Positions 47,738-56,933 of a stretch of 64,000 nt of DNA are shown here, in pieces; position 1 is the stretch's first letter; every line of letters begins with the position of its first letter. The translations under genes were made by a program, and so were the position numbers. The stretch covers positions 261,183-325,182 of the forward strand of contig CAWHPC010000029.1 in NCBI GenBank assembly GCA_963831165.1, in the 5' to 3' direction. This stretch comes from an uncultured Alphaproteobacteria bacterium. GTDB taxonomy: Bacteria > Pseudomonadota > Alphaproteobacteria > Rhizobiales > Xanthobacteraceae. The notes below the pieces were generated by a model that searched no databases, was not told the DNA's origin, and saw only the letters and a list, made by a program, of their open reading frames with translations.

Positions 47738-49009
47738 ATGCCGAACGATGCACAAGCGGTTTGGTTAGCGGCAGGGTTGCGCACGCCGTTCGTCAACGTG
47801 GACGGGCCGTTTGCCAATCGCGATTCCCTGGGCTTGTCGGTGCCGGTGGTCCAGGCAATGGCGCGACAGGCGAACGGTTCGATCGACTTTGCGGTGTGGG
47901 GTTCCGTGGTGGTCAATCTCGCCTATGCCAATTTGGCGCGCGAGGTGTGGCTCGACAGTAAACTCGATCCCCATGTGCCGACATTCACCACCATCATGCA
48001 ATGCAGCACCAGCATGGTCGGCGTGTTCGAAGCGGCCGGGATGCTCGGCGAGCGGGCGGCTTTGGCGATGGTCGGCGGCGTAGAGAGCATGAGCCGCGTG
48101 CAGATCGGGCTCGGACAGAATTTATCAGTTTGGCTCCGCCGCATGTTTCAAGCCCGCAGCGCGGCCGATCGCCTTCGCGTTCTTCGCCGGCTGCGCCCGT
48201 CCGACATCCGGCTGTTTGTGCCGGAAGTGAAGAACCGGGTGACTGGCCGCAGCATGGGCGAGCACACCGAGGATATGGCGAAGGACTGGAACATCAGCCG
48301 CCGCGAGCAGGATGAACTTGCGCTCGAAGGTCATCAAAGAGCGATCGCGGCGCACGATCGCGGTTTCTTTGGCGATTTGATCGTGCCGTTAGATGCAGTG
48401 AATAACGATCACTTCCCGCGCCGAGATACGTCGCTTGAAAAGCTCGCAAAACTCAAACCGGTATTTGACCGGACCAGCGGACGAGGCACGCTGACGGCCG
48501 GCAACAGCTCGCCTCTGACCGATGGCGCTTCCGCCATCTGGGTCGGCACCGAAGACGGCCTTGCGCGATTGCCTCAACAATTGCCGCGTGCGCGGTTGGT
48601 GGATTTTGAAATGGCGGCGGTCGATATCTTCACTGAGGGCCTGCTGATGGCGCCGGTCACCGCCATTCCGCGGCTGTTGGCGCGGCGCGGGCTGAAGTTC
48701 AACGACATCGCGCTGTGGGAAATCCACGAGGCGTTTTCGGCGCAGGTGCTTTGCCACATCAAAGGACTCGAGGATAAGGATTTCGTCCGCGCCAAAGCCG
48801 GCGTCGAGCACAACTTCGGCAATTTTCCGCGCGAGCGGATAAATCCGAACGGCGGCAGTGTCGCGCTCGGACATCCGTTCGCCGCGACCGGAGCGCGAAT
48901 CCTGAGTCAGGCCGTCAAGGAACTCGCGGCGCTGCCGCAAGGCAGCCGAGCGATTGTCAGCATCTGCTCCGACGGCGGTCTCGGGACGGTCGCGCTTCTG
49001 GAGCGTTGA
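47738..49009 (+). CDS. acetyl-CoA C-acyltransferase (thiolase)
   Basis: 423 aa. C-terminal NPNGGSVALGHPFAATGARIL and ICSDGGLG motifs. Confidence 0.9.
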   Translation: MPNDAQAVWLAAGLRTPFVNVDGPFANRDSLGLSVPVVQAMARQANGSIDFAVWGSVVVNLAYANLAREVWLDSKLDPHVPTFTTIMQCSTSMVGVFEAAGMLGERAALAMVGGVESMSRVQIGLGQNLSVWLRRMFQARSAADRLRVLRRLRPSDIRLFVPEVKNRVTGRSMGEHTEDMAKDWNISRREQDELALEGHQRAIAAHDRGFFGDLIVPLDAVNNDHFPRRDTSLEKLAKLKPVFDRTSGRGTLTAGNSSPLTDGASAIWVGTEDGLARLPQQLPRARLVDFEMAAVDIFTEGLLMAPVTAIPRLLARRGLKFNDIALWEIHEAFSAQVLCHIKGLEDKDFVRAKAGVEHNFGNFPRERINPNGGSVALGHPFAATGARILSQAVKELAALPQGSRAIVSICSDGGLGTVALLER

Positions 49010-49017
49010 TCGCTTTG

Positions 49018-50347
49018 TCAATCCGCCGTCGGCAATGGCGTGGAAAAACGTGCCGGTGACGCGGCCGCGCCGGCCGCCGGTTTTTTCCAGTGCACGGCCT
49101 TCGCCGTCGGCAATCTCTGCAAACGGCTCATCGTTTCCGGCACGCGTGAGCGAGGCATAGTGAAATTCATGACCGCGGATGAGCGATCCGCGGACGCCCA
49201 GCGGGTCGTCGGCGAGAAGCCGCGCGGTACGATAACCCAGATGCAGCTTGCGCTTGGCGAAGCTTGTGGTGTGGCCGAGCAATCCGGTCATGGCGTGATG
49301 CCTGCCGTTTGCGTCTTCGAGGCTCTCGCCGAGTACCATGTAGCCGCCGCATTCGCCGTGCACCGGGCGCGTGGCGGCGAACTGCCGTAGCCCCGCAACG
49401 AAACGGCCCGCATTGCTGAGCGCTTCGGCGTGCAGCTCCGGATAGCCGCCCGGCAGCCAGCAGCTGTCCGCGTTTGGCGGCGGCGGCTCGTTGGCAAGCG
49501 GCGAAAACGGCAGGATCTCGGCGCCCGCATTCCGCCACGCGTCGATCACGTGGGGATAGATGAAAGTGAAAGCGCGATCGCTGGCGAGCGCGATTCGCTG
49601 ACCCGGCGGCGGCAGCGCCTGAGCCTGGCGCGAAGCTTCCGCAACCTGCAACGGTGCGGCGCAGGCCGTGATGGCGTCGAGATCGAAATGGCGCTCGGCC
49701 GTTTCCGCGAGGCAGTCGATCAGCGGCGCGAGGTCGGGATGTTCGCCGGCCTGAACGAGACCGAGGTGACGTTCCGGCAGCGCTAGTGCCGCTTCGCGTG
49801 TCAGTGCACCGAGGATCGGAATACCGAGCGCCGTGATTGCGCCCGCGACCAGCGCGCGGTGCCGTTCGCTGGCGACGCGGTTGAGAATTATTCCGGCGAT
49901 ACGAACGGCGGGATCGTGCGTTGCGAAGCCGCGCACTAACGCCGCCGCCGATTGCGCCTGCCGCGCAACATCGAGCACCAGCACGACCGGCAAATCGAAA
50001 TGTGCGGCGAGGTCAGCGGTCGTGCCGCGTCTGCCAGGTGTTCCGGTACCCTCAGCCGCACCATCGAACAAACCCATAACGCCTTCGATGACGAGGATGT
50101 CCGCGCCGTCGGCCGCTTGCGCGGCGAGCGCGTCGAGAAGCGGTCGCGACATCGCCCAGGAATTGAGGTTGACGCTCGCGCAGCCGCCCACCGCAGCATG
50201 GAATGCCGGATCGATGTAGTCGGGCCCGGCTTTTGCCGCGCGCACTTTGATGCCGCGGCGTTTGAGCGCGGCGATGAGCGCGAGCGTCACCGTTGTTTTG
50301 CCGGCGCCGGAATGCGGCGCGGCGATAATGAGCCCGCGCGCCGTCAC
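49018..50347 (-). CDS. cobB: cobyrinate a,c-diamide synthase (3' end unresolved)
   Basis: GTG at 50347 after AGGAG. IIAAPHSGAGKTT P-loop and GECGGYMVLG GATase motif. As sequenced there is no stop after ...TGTFFHAIA, and the frame runs on antisense to the thiolase gene to 48389. A TGA at 49020-49018 is reached after a 1-nt shift. Confidence 0.8.
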
Positions 50348-51160
50348 TTGTGCTCCTGTCCGTTTTCCGCGGCGGCCGCAGCTTCGCCAAGAAGCGCGCG
50401 CGCGCAGGTTCACGATCTCGCCGACCACGACGATCGCCGGCGGCTCGAAGTTTTGCTCGTACGCGTCGGCGGCTATTTTTTGCAGCGTCGAGACCAAGAC
50501 GCGCTCTTTAGGAGTGGTCGCGGAGGTGATGATGGCCGCAGGCGTCCGTGCATCAAGACCGGCTGCGAGCAACGAAGCGGCGATCCGCTCCAGATTGTGC
50601 ATCACCATGTAGAGCACAATCGGCTGTCCGGTGCGGGCAAGCGGCGCCCAGTCGAAATCCTCGTCGGCGCCGTGGCCGGCCGCGAAGATCACCGCCCGAT
50701 TGACGCCGCGCAACGTTGCCGGGATCGCCGCCGTAGCCAGAGCCGCAAGGCCCGCCGTGACGCCGGGGATGACCCGGAAGGGAACGCCCGCGGCCGCAAG
50801 CGCCATTGCCTCTTCGCCGCCGCGCCCGAAGACAAACGGATCGCCGCCTTTCAGCCGCAGCACGCGCTGCCCGGCGCGCGCCAGGGTGACCAGGCGCAAA
50901 CTAATGTCGGCTTGCGTCGCTGAAGGCTTGCCGCCCCGCTTACCGGCGAATTCAAGCCGCGCCTGGGGGCCGGCCAGCGCCAGCACCCGCTGATCGACCA
51001 GCGCATCGTGGACCACCACGTCGGCCTGCTGCAGGCCGGCGAGCGCATCGAGCGTAAGGAGCCCCGGGTCGCCCGGTCCGGCACCCGCGAGCCAGACGTG
51101 TCCCGGCGCAAACACCGGGACGCCGTCGCGCCGGACCGCCAGCGAGTCCCAAACCGTCAT
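50344..51160 (-). pseudogene. cobA: uroporphyrinogen-III C-methyltransferase (SUMT); 3' end shifted by 1 nt in a (CG)n run
   Basis: VWLAGAGPGDPGLLTL, RLKGGDPFVFGRGGEE. After ...EIVNLRA the as-sequenced frame fuses in-frame into cobB. The -1 nt frame gives ...RLLGEAAAAAENGQEHK-TGA, overlapping the cobB GTG (GTGA). Confidence 0.8.
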
Positions 51161-51213
51161 GACGGCGCGCTCTCGTGGTGACGATTGCAGGACGCAGGAC
51201 TAAAGGAAGAAGC

Positions 51214-52308
51214 ATGGAGCGGCAGGAACGCCCGTTGCGCCGGGGCTGGACCACCGGCACTTGCGCCGCTGCTGCGGCTAAGGCGGCGTTTGCCGCGCTC
51301 ATAACCGGCGAATTTCCCGACCCGGTCGAGGTGACGCTGCCGCGCGGCGAACGTCCAAGCTTTGCGCTGGCGATGACGCGGAAGGATCACGCCAGTGCAA
51401 GCGCCGGGGTGATCAAGGACGCCGGCGACGATCCGGACGTAACTCACGGCGCGCTCATCGTCGCGACCGTGCGCGTCGGCGCGTCCGGAGCGGGTGTGAC
51501 CTTCCGTGCCGGCGAGGGCGTCGGCACCGTGACGCGGCCGGGACTTCCCCTTCCGCCGGGTGAGCCGGCCATCAATCCGGTACCGCGCCTCATGATCCGC
51601 GACGCGATCGCCGAAGTCGCCGCTGCGGCCGGATTTCCGGCCGACGCCGAGGTCGAAATCGCCATTCCCGGCGGCGTGGAACTGGCGGCGAAAACGCTCA
51701 ATGGGCGCCTCGGCATTGTCGGCGGCTTGTCGATCCTCGGTACGACCGGGATCGTCGTGCCTTATTCCTGCTCGGCGTGGATTCACTCGATCCATCGCGG
51801 CGTCGATGTCGCCCGCGCCGCCGGTCTTACGCACATCGCTGGCAGCACTGGCACCAATTCCGAAGCCGCCGTACAGAAGCTTTACGGCCTGCCGGACGTT
51901 GCGCTCATCGACATGGGCGATTTCGTCGGCGGCATGCTGAAATATCTGCGCCACCATCCGGTACCGCGTGTGACTATCGCTGGCGGCATCGGCAAAATGA
52001 CCAAGCTCGCCCAAGGCCTCACCGATCTTCACTCCAAGCGCGGTGAAGTCGACCGCTCGCTGCTGGCGAGCTTTGCCGAGGCCGCGGGCGGCTCTGAGCA
52101 ACTTCGTGCGCGTATCATTGCCGCGAACAATGCTGCCGAAAGTTTTGCGCTGGCGCAGTCCGAAGGTATTCCGCTCGGCGATGTAGTGGCGCGGGCGGCG
52201 CAGGAAACCGCTGAACGCGTAGTGGCAGGCCGCGGCATCGCGATCGAGATCGCGTTGTTTGATCGCGACGGCGCGCTGGTCGGTCAGGCAACGTTCAAGA
52301 ACGCTTAG
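51214..52308 (+). CDS. cbiD: cobalt-precorrin-5B (C1)-methyltransferase homologue CbiD
   Basis: Start MERQERPLRRGWTTGTCAAAAAKAA (CbiD signature). 364 aa. The opposite-strand ORF 51157..52320 is its shadow. Confidence 0.9.
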   Translation: MERQERPLRRGWTTGTCAAAAAKAAFAALITGEFPDPVEVTLPRGERPSFALAMTRKDHASASAGVIKDAGDDPDVTHGALIVATVRVGASGAGVTFRAGEGVGTVTRPGLPLPPGEPAINPVPRLMIRDAIAEVAAAAGFPADAEVEIAIPGGVELAAKTLNGRLGIVGGLSILGTTGIVVPYSCSAWIHSIHRGVDVARAAGLTHIAGSTGTNSEAAVQKLYGLPDVALIDMGDFVGGMLKYLRHHPVPRVTIAGGIGKMTKLAQGLTDLHSKRGEVDRSLLASFAEAAGGSEQLRARIIAANNAAESFALAQSEGIPLGDVVARAAQETAERVVAGRGIAIEIALFDRDGALVGQATFKNA

Positions 52309-52316
52309 CAAGGCGG

Positions 52317-53078
52317 TCACGCTGCGCCTCCCCGGAACCGGCGGCGATAATCGGGATCGTAGAGCGCGCTCTCGCGAAAATCATGCGCGGCGATGGCGCG
52401 GCCGACAAGAATAAGCGCCGTGCGCTCGATACCCACAGCAGCCACTTGCGCGGCGATGTCGGCGAGCGTGCCGCGTAACACGCGCTCTGCCGCTCCGCTT
52501 GCCTGGACAACAACGGCGGCAGGACAGTCGGCGCCGTAGAACGGTGTCAATTCCTTGACGACCGTTTCAATTGCATGAATGGCAAGATGGATGACCAGCG
52601 TCGCGCCGCTTTCCGCAAACGTTGCGAGCTTTTCGGCTTCCGGCATCCGTGAAGCGCGGCCGGACACGCGGGTGAGCACCACGCTTTGCGCGATTTCCGG
52701 CACGGTCAGTTCGCACTGCAAAGCCGCCGCTGCCGCGGCGAACGCCGGCACGCCGGGCGTAAGCGTATACGGTATGCCGCGCCGATCGAGCCGGCGCAGT
52801 TGCTCGGCGAGCGCTGAGTAGATCGAGAGATCGCCGGAGTGAAGCCGCGCCACGTCGTGACCGGCGAAGTGGGCGGCGGCCAGCTCGGTCTCGATTTCGT
52901 CAAGCGACATCGGCGCGGTGTCGACGATGCGCGTGCCGGCTGGGCACAAGTCAAGCAATTCGCGCTGCACAATCGAGCCGGCATAGAGGCACACCGTGCA
53001 GCGGGCGATCAGATCGCGGCCTCGCACCGTGATGAGGTCCGCCGCGCCCGGCCCCGCGCCGATGAAATGCACGGTCAC
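52317..53078 (-). CDS. cobM: precorrin-4 C11-methyltransferase
   Basis: [20 protein letters not shown]...[12 protein letters not shown]. 253 aa. Confidence 0.9.
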   Translation of the reverse strand: MTVHFIGAGPGAADLITVRGRDLIARCTVCLYAGSIVQRELLDLCPAGTRIVDTAPMSLDEIETELAAAHFAGHDVARLHSGDLSIYSALAEQLRRLDRRGIPYTLTPGVPAFAAAAAALQCELTVPEIAQSVVLTRVSGRASRMPEAEKLATFAESGATLVIHLAIHAIETVVKELTPFYGADCPAAVVVQASGAAERVLRGTLADIAAQVAAVGIERTALILVGRAIAAHDFRESALYDPDYRRRFRGGAA

Positions 53079-53479
53079 GGCGCCGGCTCCGAAGCCGCGA
53101 GCGCGCAGGTCGCAGTGGCCATCACCAGGCGGGGACTGATTAGGCGTGCCGATGGTCCGGCAGCGACAAGCGCGGCAGCCTCAGCGACTGACGACACTCC
53201 GATCAGCGCGCGCACGCGATCGGACCGTGTTTGCGTGCGAGGCTCAGCCGCCTGCGCATCAGCATCAGACACCAGCACAACTGATACGCCGAACTTTTTT
53301 GCTGCTGCTTGAACGCCGACCTCGGCACTCTTTGCCGCAATCGTGGCGATGGCATCGAGCGCGGCAGCTGCGATATTTGCGTGCGCAAGCGCGGCGCGGA
53401 TCGCGGCCTCGATGTCGGAGGCGGGAGCGCCTCGTTTGCAGCCAACGCCGGCGACGATCACGGCTTCGTCCAAGCCCAT
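53075..53479 (-). CDS. cobE: cobalamin biosynthesis protein CobE (CbiG C-terminal-like)
   Basis: 134 aa. [11 protein letters not shown]...[10 protein letters not shown]. 4-nt overlap with cobM. Confidence 0.75.
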   Translation of the reverse strand: MGLDEAVIVAGVGCKRGAPASDIEAAIRAALAHANIAAAALDAIATIAAKSAEVGVQAAAKKFGVSVVLVSDADAQAAEPRTQTRSDRVRALIGVSSVAEAAALVAAGPSARLISPRLVMATATCALAASEPAP

Positions 53480-54705
53480 TGGGTGACCGGCATCGCTGCT
53501 CGCCAGCCGGATTTTTCGCCGACTGTCCCAGCGCGCGCGATGGCGATGCGAGTGAGCTTGCCGCCAAGCGCCGCGTGCCGGTCGATCAGCAGCGCCTCGG
53601 TTGCGAGCGTAACTGCGTTGACCACGAGACGGCCTCCGGTTCGCAGCGCGGCGATGGTGGTGTCGAGCAACGCGGGCTCGCTGGCTCCGCCGCCAATGAA
53701 AATAGCGTCAGGCGACGAGAGGCCGGCGAATGCCGCCGGTGCAGTGTCCTCTACGATTTCAAGCCCTGGTACGCCGAAGGCTGCCGCATTGCGGCGGATG
53801 CGCGCAGCGCGGTCGGTACGTCGCTCGATGGCAATCGCGCGCATCGAAGGGTCTGCGAGCATCCATTCGATCGCCACCGATCCCGCCCCCGCGCCAACGT
53901 CCCACAACAACTCGCCGCGGCGCGGCGCCAGCGACGAGAGCGTTATCGCGCGGATCTCACGCTTGGTGATCTGACCGTCGTGCTCGAAAAGATCGTCCGA
54001 AAGGCCCGAAGCTCGCGCGATGACGCGCGCATCCGGTGAAGCTTCGACCTCGATCGCGATCGTGTTCAGGGCATCGACGGCGTCGAAATCATACGCTGCA
54101 GCGGTCGTCGTGCGTATGCACTCGCGCGGGCCGCCAAGGGCTTCGAGCACAGTCAGTCGCGACGCGCCGAAGCCCGATTGTGCAAGTAGCCGCGCCAAAG
54201 TCGCCGGCCCTTCGCCGTCGGAGGTCAACGCCAGAATGCGCGCACCGGGCTGCAAATGCGGGCGCACCAGATCGAGCGTGCGGCCATGTGCGGAGAGGAG
54301 CACCGTCTGCGGCAACGACCAGCCAAGCCGTGCCGCCGCCAGGCTGAAAGCTGAAGGCGCCGGCACCACGATCATCTCGCGCGCGTCGATGGCTCGCGCC
54401 AACACGGAACCGACGCCGTAATGAAACGGATCGCCGGACGCGAGCACGCAGATCTGCCGGCCGCGATGATGCAGCACCTCGTCTGTGGCGCCATCGAACG
54501 GGCTAGGCCATGGCCGCGCGGCCCCGCGGATCAATGGCGCCGCGAGACTGAGATGGCGCCGCCCGCCGAATACGATCTCCGCCGCACTGATTAATCCGCG
54601 TGCTGCTGCACTCAAGCCGTCGATGCCGTTTTCGCCGATGCCGACGATGGACAGCCAGCGCGGTGATGTTGCAGTGTCCCGCGCGATCGCATCAGGAAGC
54701 GGCAT
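53458..54705 (-). CDS. cobL: precorrin-6Y C5,15-methyltransferase (decarboxylating)
   Basis: Start at the ATG at 54705 (MPLPDAIARDTATSPRWLSIVGIGENG). N-terminal CbiE-like and C-terminal CbiT-like (LWDVGAGAGSVAIEW) halves. Confidence 0.9.
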   Translation of the reverse strand: MPLPDAIARDTATSPRWLSIVGIGENGIDGLSAAARGLISAAEIVFGGRRHLSLAAPLIRGAARPWPSPFDGATDEVLHHRGRQICVLASGDPFHYGVGSVLARAIDAREMIVVPAPSAFSLAAARLGWSLPQTVLLSAHGRTLDLVRPHLQPGARILALTSDGEGPATLARLLAQSGFGASRLTVLEALGGPRECIRTTTAAAYDFDAVDALNTIAIEVEASPDARVIARASGLSDDLFEHDGQITKREIRAITLSSLAPRRGELLWDVGAGAGSVAIEWMLADPSMRAIAIERRTDRAARIRRNAAAFGVPGLEIVEDTAPAAFAGLSSPDAIFIGGGASEPALLDTTIAALRTGGRLVVNAVTLATEALLIDRHAALGGKLTRIAIARAGTVGEKSGWRAAMPVTQWAWTKP

Positions 54706-55468
54706 GAAGCGCGTCCTCATTCTCGGCGGCACCACAGAAGCGCGATTGCTGGCGGAGCGGCTGGCAGGCCGGCCCGAACTCGATGTGAGGCTTTCGCTCG
54801 CCGGCCGCACCGCTTCTCCGGCACGCCAGCCCGTGCCCGTGCGCAGCGGTGGCTTCGGCGGCGTCGCAGGGCTTGCGGACTATCTGGCGAGCGAGTGTGT
54901 CGACTTTTTGATCGACGCCACGCATCCCTATGCTGGCGTCATATCCAACAATGCCGTCGAAGCTGCCCGCCAGACCAGCGTCCCGTTGCTGGCGCTGCGG
55001 CGGCCGCCATGGGTCGCGACTGCTGGCGACCGATGGACCGAAGTAAGCGACGTGCGTGAGGCAGTGCGCGCGTTCGAGGCAACGCCGCGCCGCGTCTTTG
55101 TTGCGCTCGGCCGCAACGAGCTCGGCCCACTCAACGAGTTCCCGCAGCACTTTTATCTGATCCGTAGCGTCGATCCCGTCGATCCGCCGCTGCCTTTGCC
55201 GCAGGTGGCCTACGTGACTGGTCGCGGCCCATTCAGCGAAGCGGATGACCGGGCTCTGATGACGGAACATCGCATCGAGACCGTGATCGCCAAGAACAGC
55301 GGCGGCAGCGCCACCTACGGCAAGGTCGCTGCAGCGCGTGAATTGGGTATCGGCGTGACTATGCTGCGCCGTCCGCCGACGCCGGCAGCGCCTGCCATCG
55401 AAACTGTGCAGGATGCGCTCGACTGGCTCGATCATGCGCTCACCTCGGCGACGGCACGCGGCGTATAG
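54704..55468 (+). CDS. cobK: precorrin-6A reductase
   Basis: Start MKRVLILGGTTEARLLAERL at 54704, inside track ORF 54485..55468. 254 aa. Confidence 0.9.
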   Translation: MKRVLILGGTTEARLLAERLAGRPELDVRLSLAGRTASPARQPVPVRSGGFGGVAGLADYLASECVDFLIDATHPYAGVISNNAVEAARQTSVPLLALRRPPWVATAGDRWTEVSDVREAVRAFEATPRRVFVALGRNELGPLNEFPQHFYLIRSVDPVDPPLPLPQVAYVTGRGPFSEADDRALMTEHRIETVIAKNSGGSATYGKVAAARELGIGVTMLRRPPTPAAPAIETVQDALDWLDHALTSATARGV

Positions 55469-56196
55469 ACGAGCGGCGCCCGTCCGGGGCGCGAGACCAC
55501 GCGCGTTTCGCGCGAGCCGACGATGATTAGTGTCGCCATATCCGCATTTGCCGTATCGGCGACAGCAAGCGTCGTAACACTGACATGCTCGTCCGGCCTC
55601 CCGACGGCGCGGCCAAAGACGACCGGTGTTGTTCCCGGCAGATGACGGCGCAGCCGTTCGATGGCGGCGCCGAATTGCCACGGGCGCGCGCGTGAGATCG
55701 GATTGTAAAGCGCCATTACGAGGCCGGCGCTCGCTACGGCGTCGAGCCGTTGCTCGACCAATTCCCATGGTTTGAGATTGTCAGAAAGCGAGAGCGCACA
55801 GAAATCGTGGCCGAGCGGAGCGCCGATCCGCGCCGCGACGGCCAGCATCGCGGTGATCCCGGGCACAATCACAAGATCGAGCGCGCGCCAGCTCTCCGGA
55901 CCGACTTCGATCTCTTCGCAGACCGCGGCCGCCATTGCGAATACGCCCGGGTCGCCGCCGGAGACGACCGCGACGCGCGTCCCAGCAGCGGCGTCGCGGA
56001 GCGCGGCGACCGCACGGGCGCGTTCTCCCCGGTTGTCGGACGCATAGCGGCGCTGTCCGCCGCGCGCCGGCACGCGGTCAAGATACGGCCCATAGCCATA
56101 AAGCGACTTTGCGGCGCCGAGTGCCGCGTCGGCTTCCGGCGTGAGATAGCGCGCATCGCCGGGTCCGAGGCCGACGACGGCAAGGTGTCCGCTCAT
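55432..56196 (-). CDS. cobJ: precorrin-3B C17-methyltransferase
   Basis: LAVVGLGPGDARYLTPEA..., VVSGGDPGVFAMAAA. 254 aa. Confidence 0.9.
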   Translation of the reverse strand: MSGHLAVVGLGPGDARYLTPEADAALGAAKSLYGYGPYLDRVPARGGQRRYASDNRGERARAVAALRDAAAGTRVAVVSGGDPGVFAMAAAVCEEIEVGPESWRALDLVIVPGITAMLAVAARIGAPLGHDFCALSLSDNLKPWELVEQRLDAVASAGLVMALYNPISRARPWQFGAAIERLRRHLPGTTPVVFGRAVGRPDEHVSVTTLAVADTANADMATLIIVGSRETRVVSRPGRAPLVYTPRAVAEVSA

Positions 56197-56933
56197 GGCC
56201 GCTGCTGCCAGCCGGGCACGAGTACGACGGCGAAATAGGGTGCGTCGTCGTCCGGCTTGTCGCTGAGCGGAATAAGCTTGGCGTTCGCCATGGTGCCGCG
56301 CTCAACATAAAAGGCGCGCGGCAAGCGACCGCTTGTTGCCAGCGCGCGGCGCAATTTCGGCAAATGGCGCCCGACCTTCATCACCACCGCTGCGTTGGCA
56401 TCGGCGAGCCGCCGCGCCAGTTCGCCCTCTGGCAAGGTTGCCGGAAGGACGGTGAAGACATCATCGCCCTGCGCGATCGGCATTCCGGCCGCCGACCAGC
56501 AGCCCGACATGCCAGTGACGCCGGCAATAATTTCGGTCGGGAAGCGGGGCGAAAGCCGCGTGTGCAGATGCATGTAGGAACTGTAGAACAGCGGATCGCC
56601 TTCGCTGATCACGGCGACGATGCACCCGGCTTCAAGATGAGCGACAATCTTGGCGGCGGCTTCATCGTAGAAATCGCGGATCGCATCGCGATAGCCGGTG
56701 CTGCATTTCGGCAATTCGGTCGTAACCGGATAGAGGAGCGGTAATTCGATCACGTCTGCGCGCATATGCGCCGCGGCGATGGTGCGCGAATGGCTCGCAT
56801 TGCCGGCCTTGGCGAAGTGCGCGATCACATCGGCCTCGGCGAGGGCTCGCACCGCCTTGAGCGTCATCAGCTCGGGATCGCCTGGCCCGACGCCGACACC
56901 CAGGAGCTTCCCGGTGCGGGTTACCGCGCTCAC
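56193..56933 (-). CDS. cobI: precorrin-2 C20-methyltransferase
   Basis: [20 protein letters not shown]..., [12 protein letters not shown]. 246 aa. Confidence 0.9.
   Translation of the reverse strand: MSAVTRTGKLLGVGVGPGDPELMTLKAVRALAEADVIAHFAKAGNASHSRTIAAAHMRADVIELPLLYPVTTELPKCSTGYRDAIRDFYDEAAAKIVAHLEAGCIVAVISEGDPLFYSSYMHLHTRLSPRFPTEIIAGVTGMSGCWSAAGMPIAQGDDVFTVLPATLPEGELARRLADANAAVVMKVGRHLPKLRRALATSGRLPRAFYVERGTMANAKLIPLSDKPDDDAPYFAVVLVPGWQQRP

Noticed and set aside
5839-50405. Programmed ribosomal frameshifting as the explanation for the split genes.
   Set aside because: There are no slippery heptamers or stimulatory structures at the sites. The affected families are not known to use recoding. 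The sites share only homopolymer or simple-repeat context.
48389-51160. 923-aa ORF that looks like a giant multi-domain protein.
   Set aside because: It is a concatenation of cobA, cobB and about 630 nt antisense to the thiolase gene. It arises from one frame change in a (CG)n run and a missing cobB stop. The linker and tail have non-coding-like composition.
51157-52320. 387-aa minus-strand ORF.
   Set aside because: It is a shadow ORF antisense to cbiD. It is Arg-rich low-complexity sequence with no family resemblance, whereas the plus-strand frame has unambiguous CbiD motifs.
54485-54703. N-terminal 73-aa extension of cobK suggested by track ORF 54485..55468.
   Set aside because: The extension is antisense to the cobL N-terminus, is Arg/Pro/Ala-rich, and precedes the canonical MKRVLILGGTTEA start.
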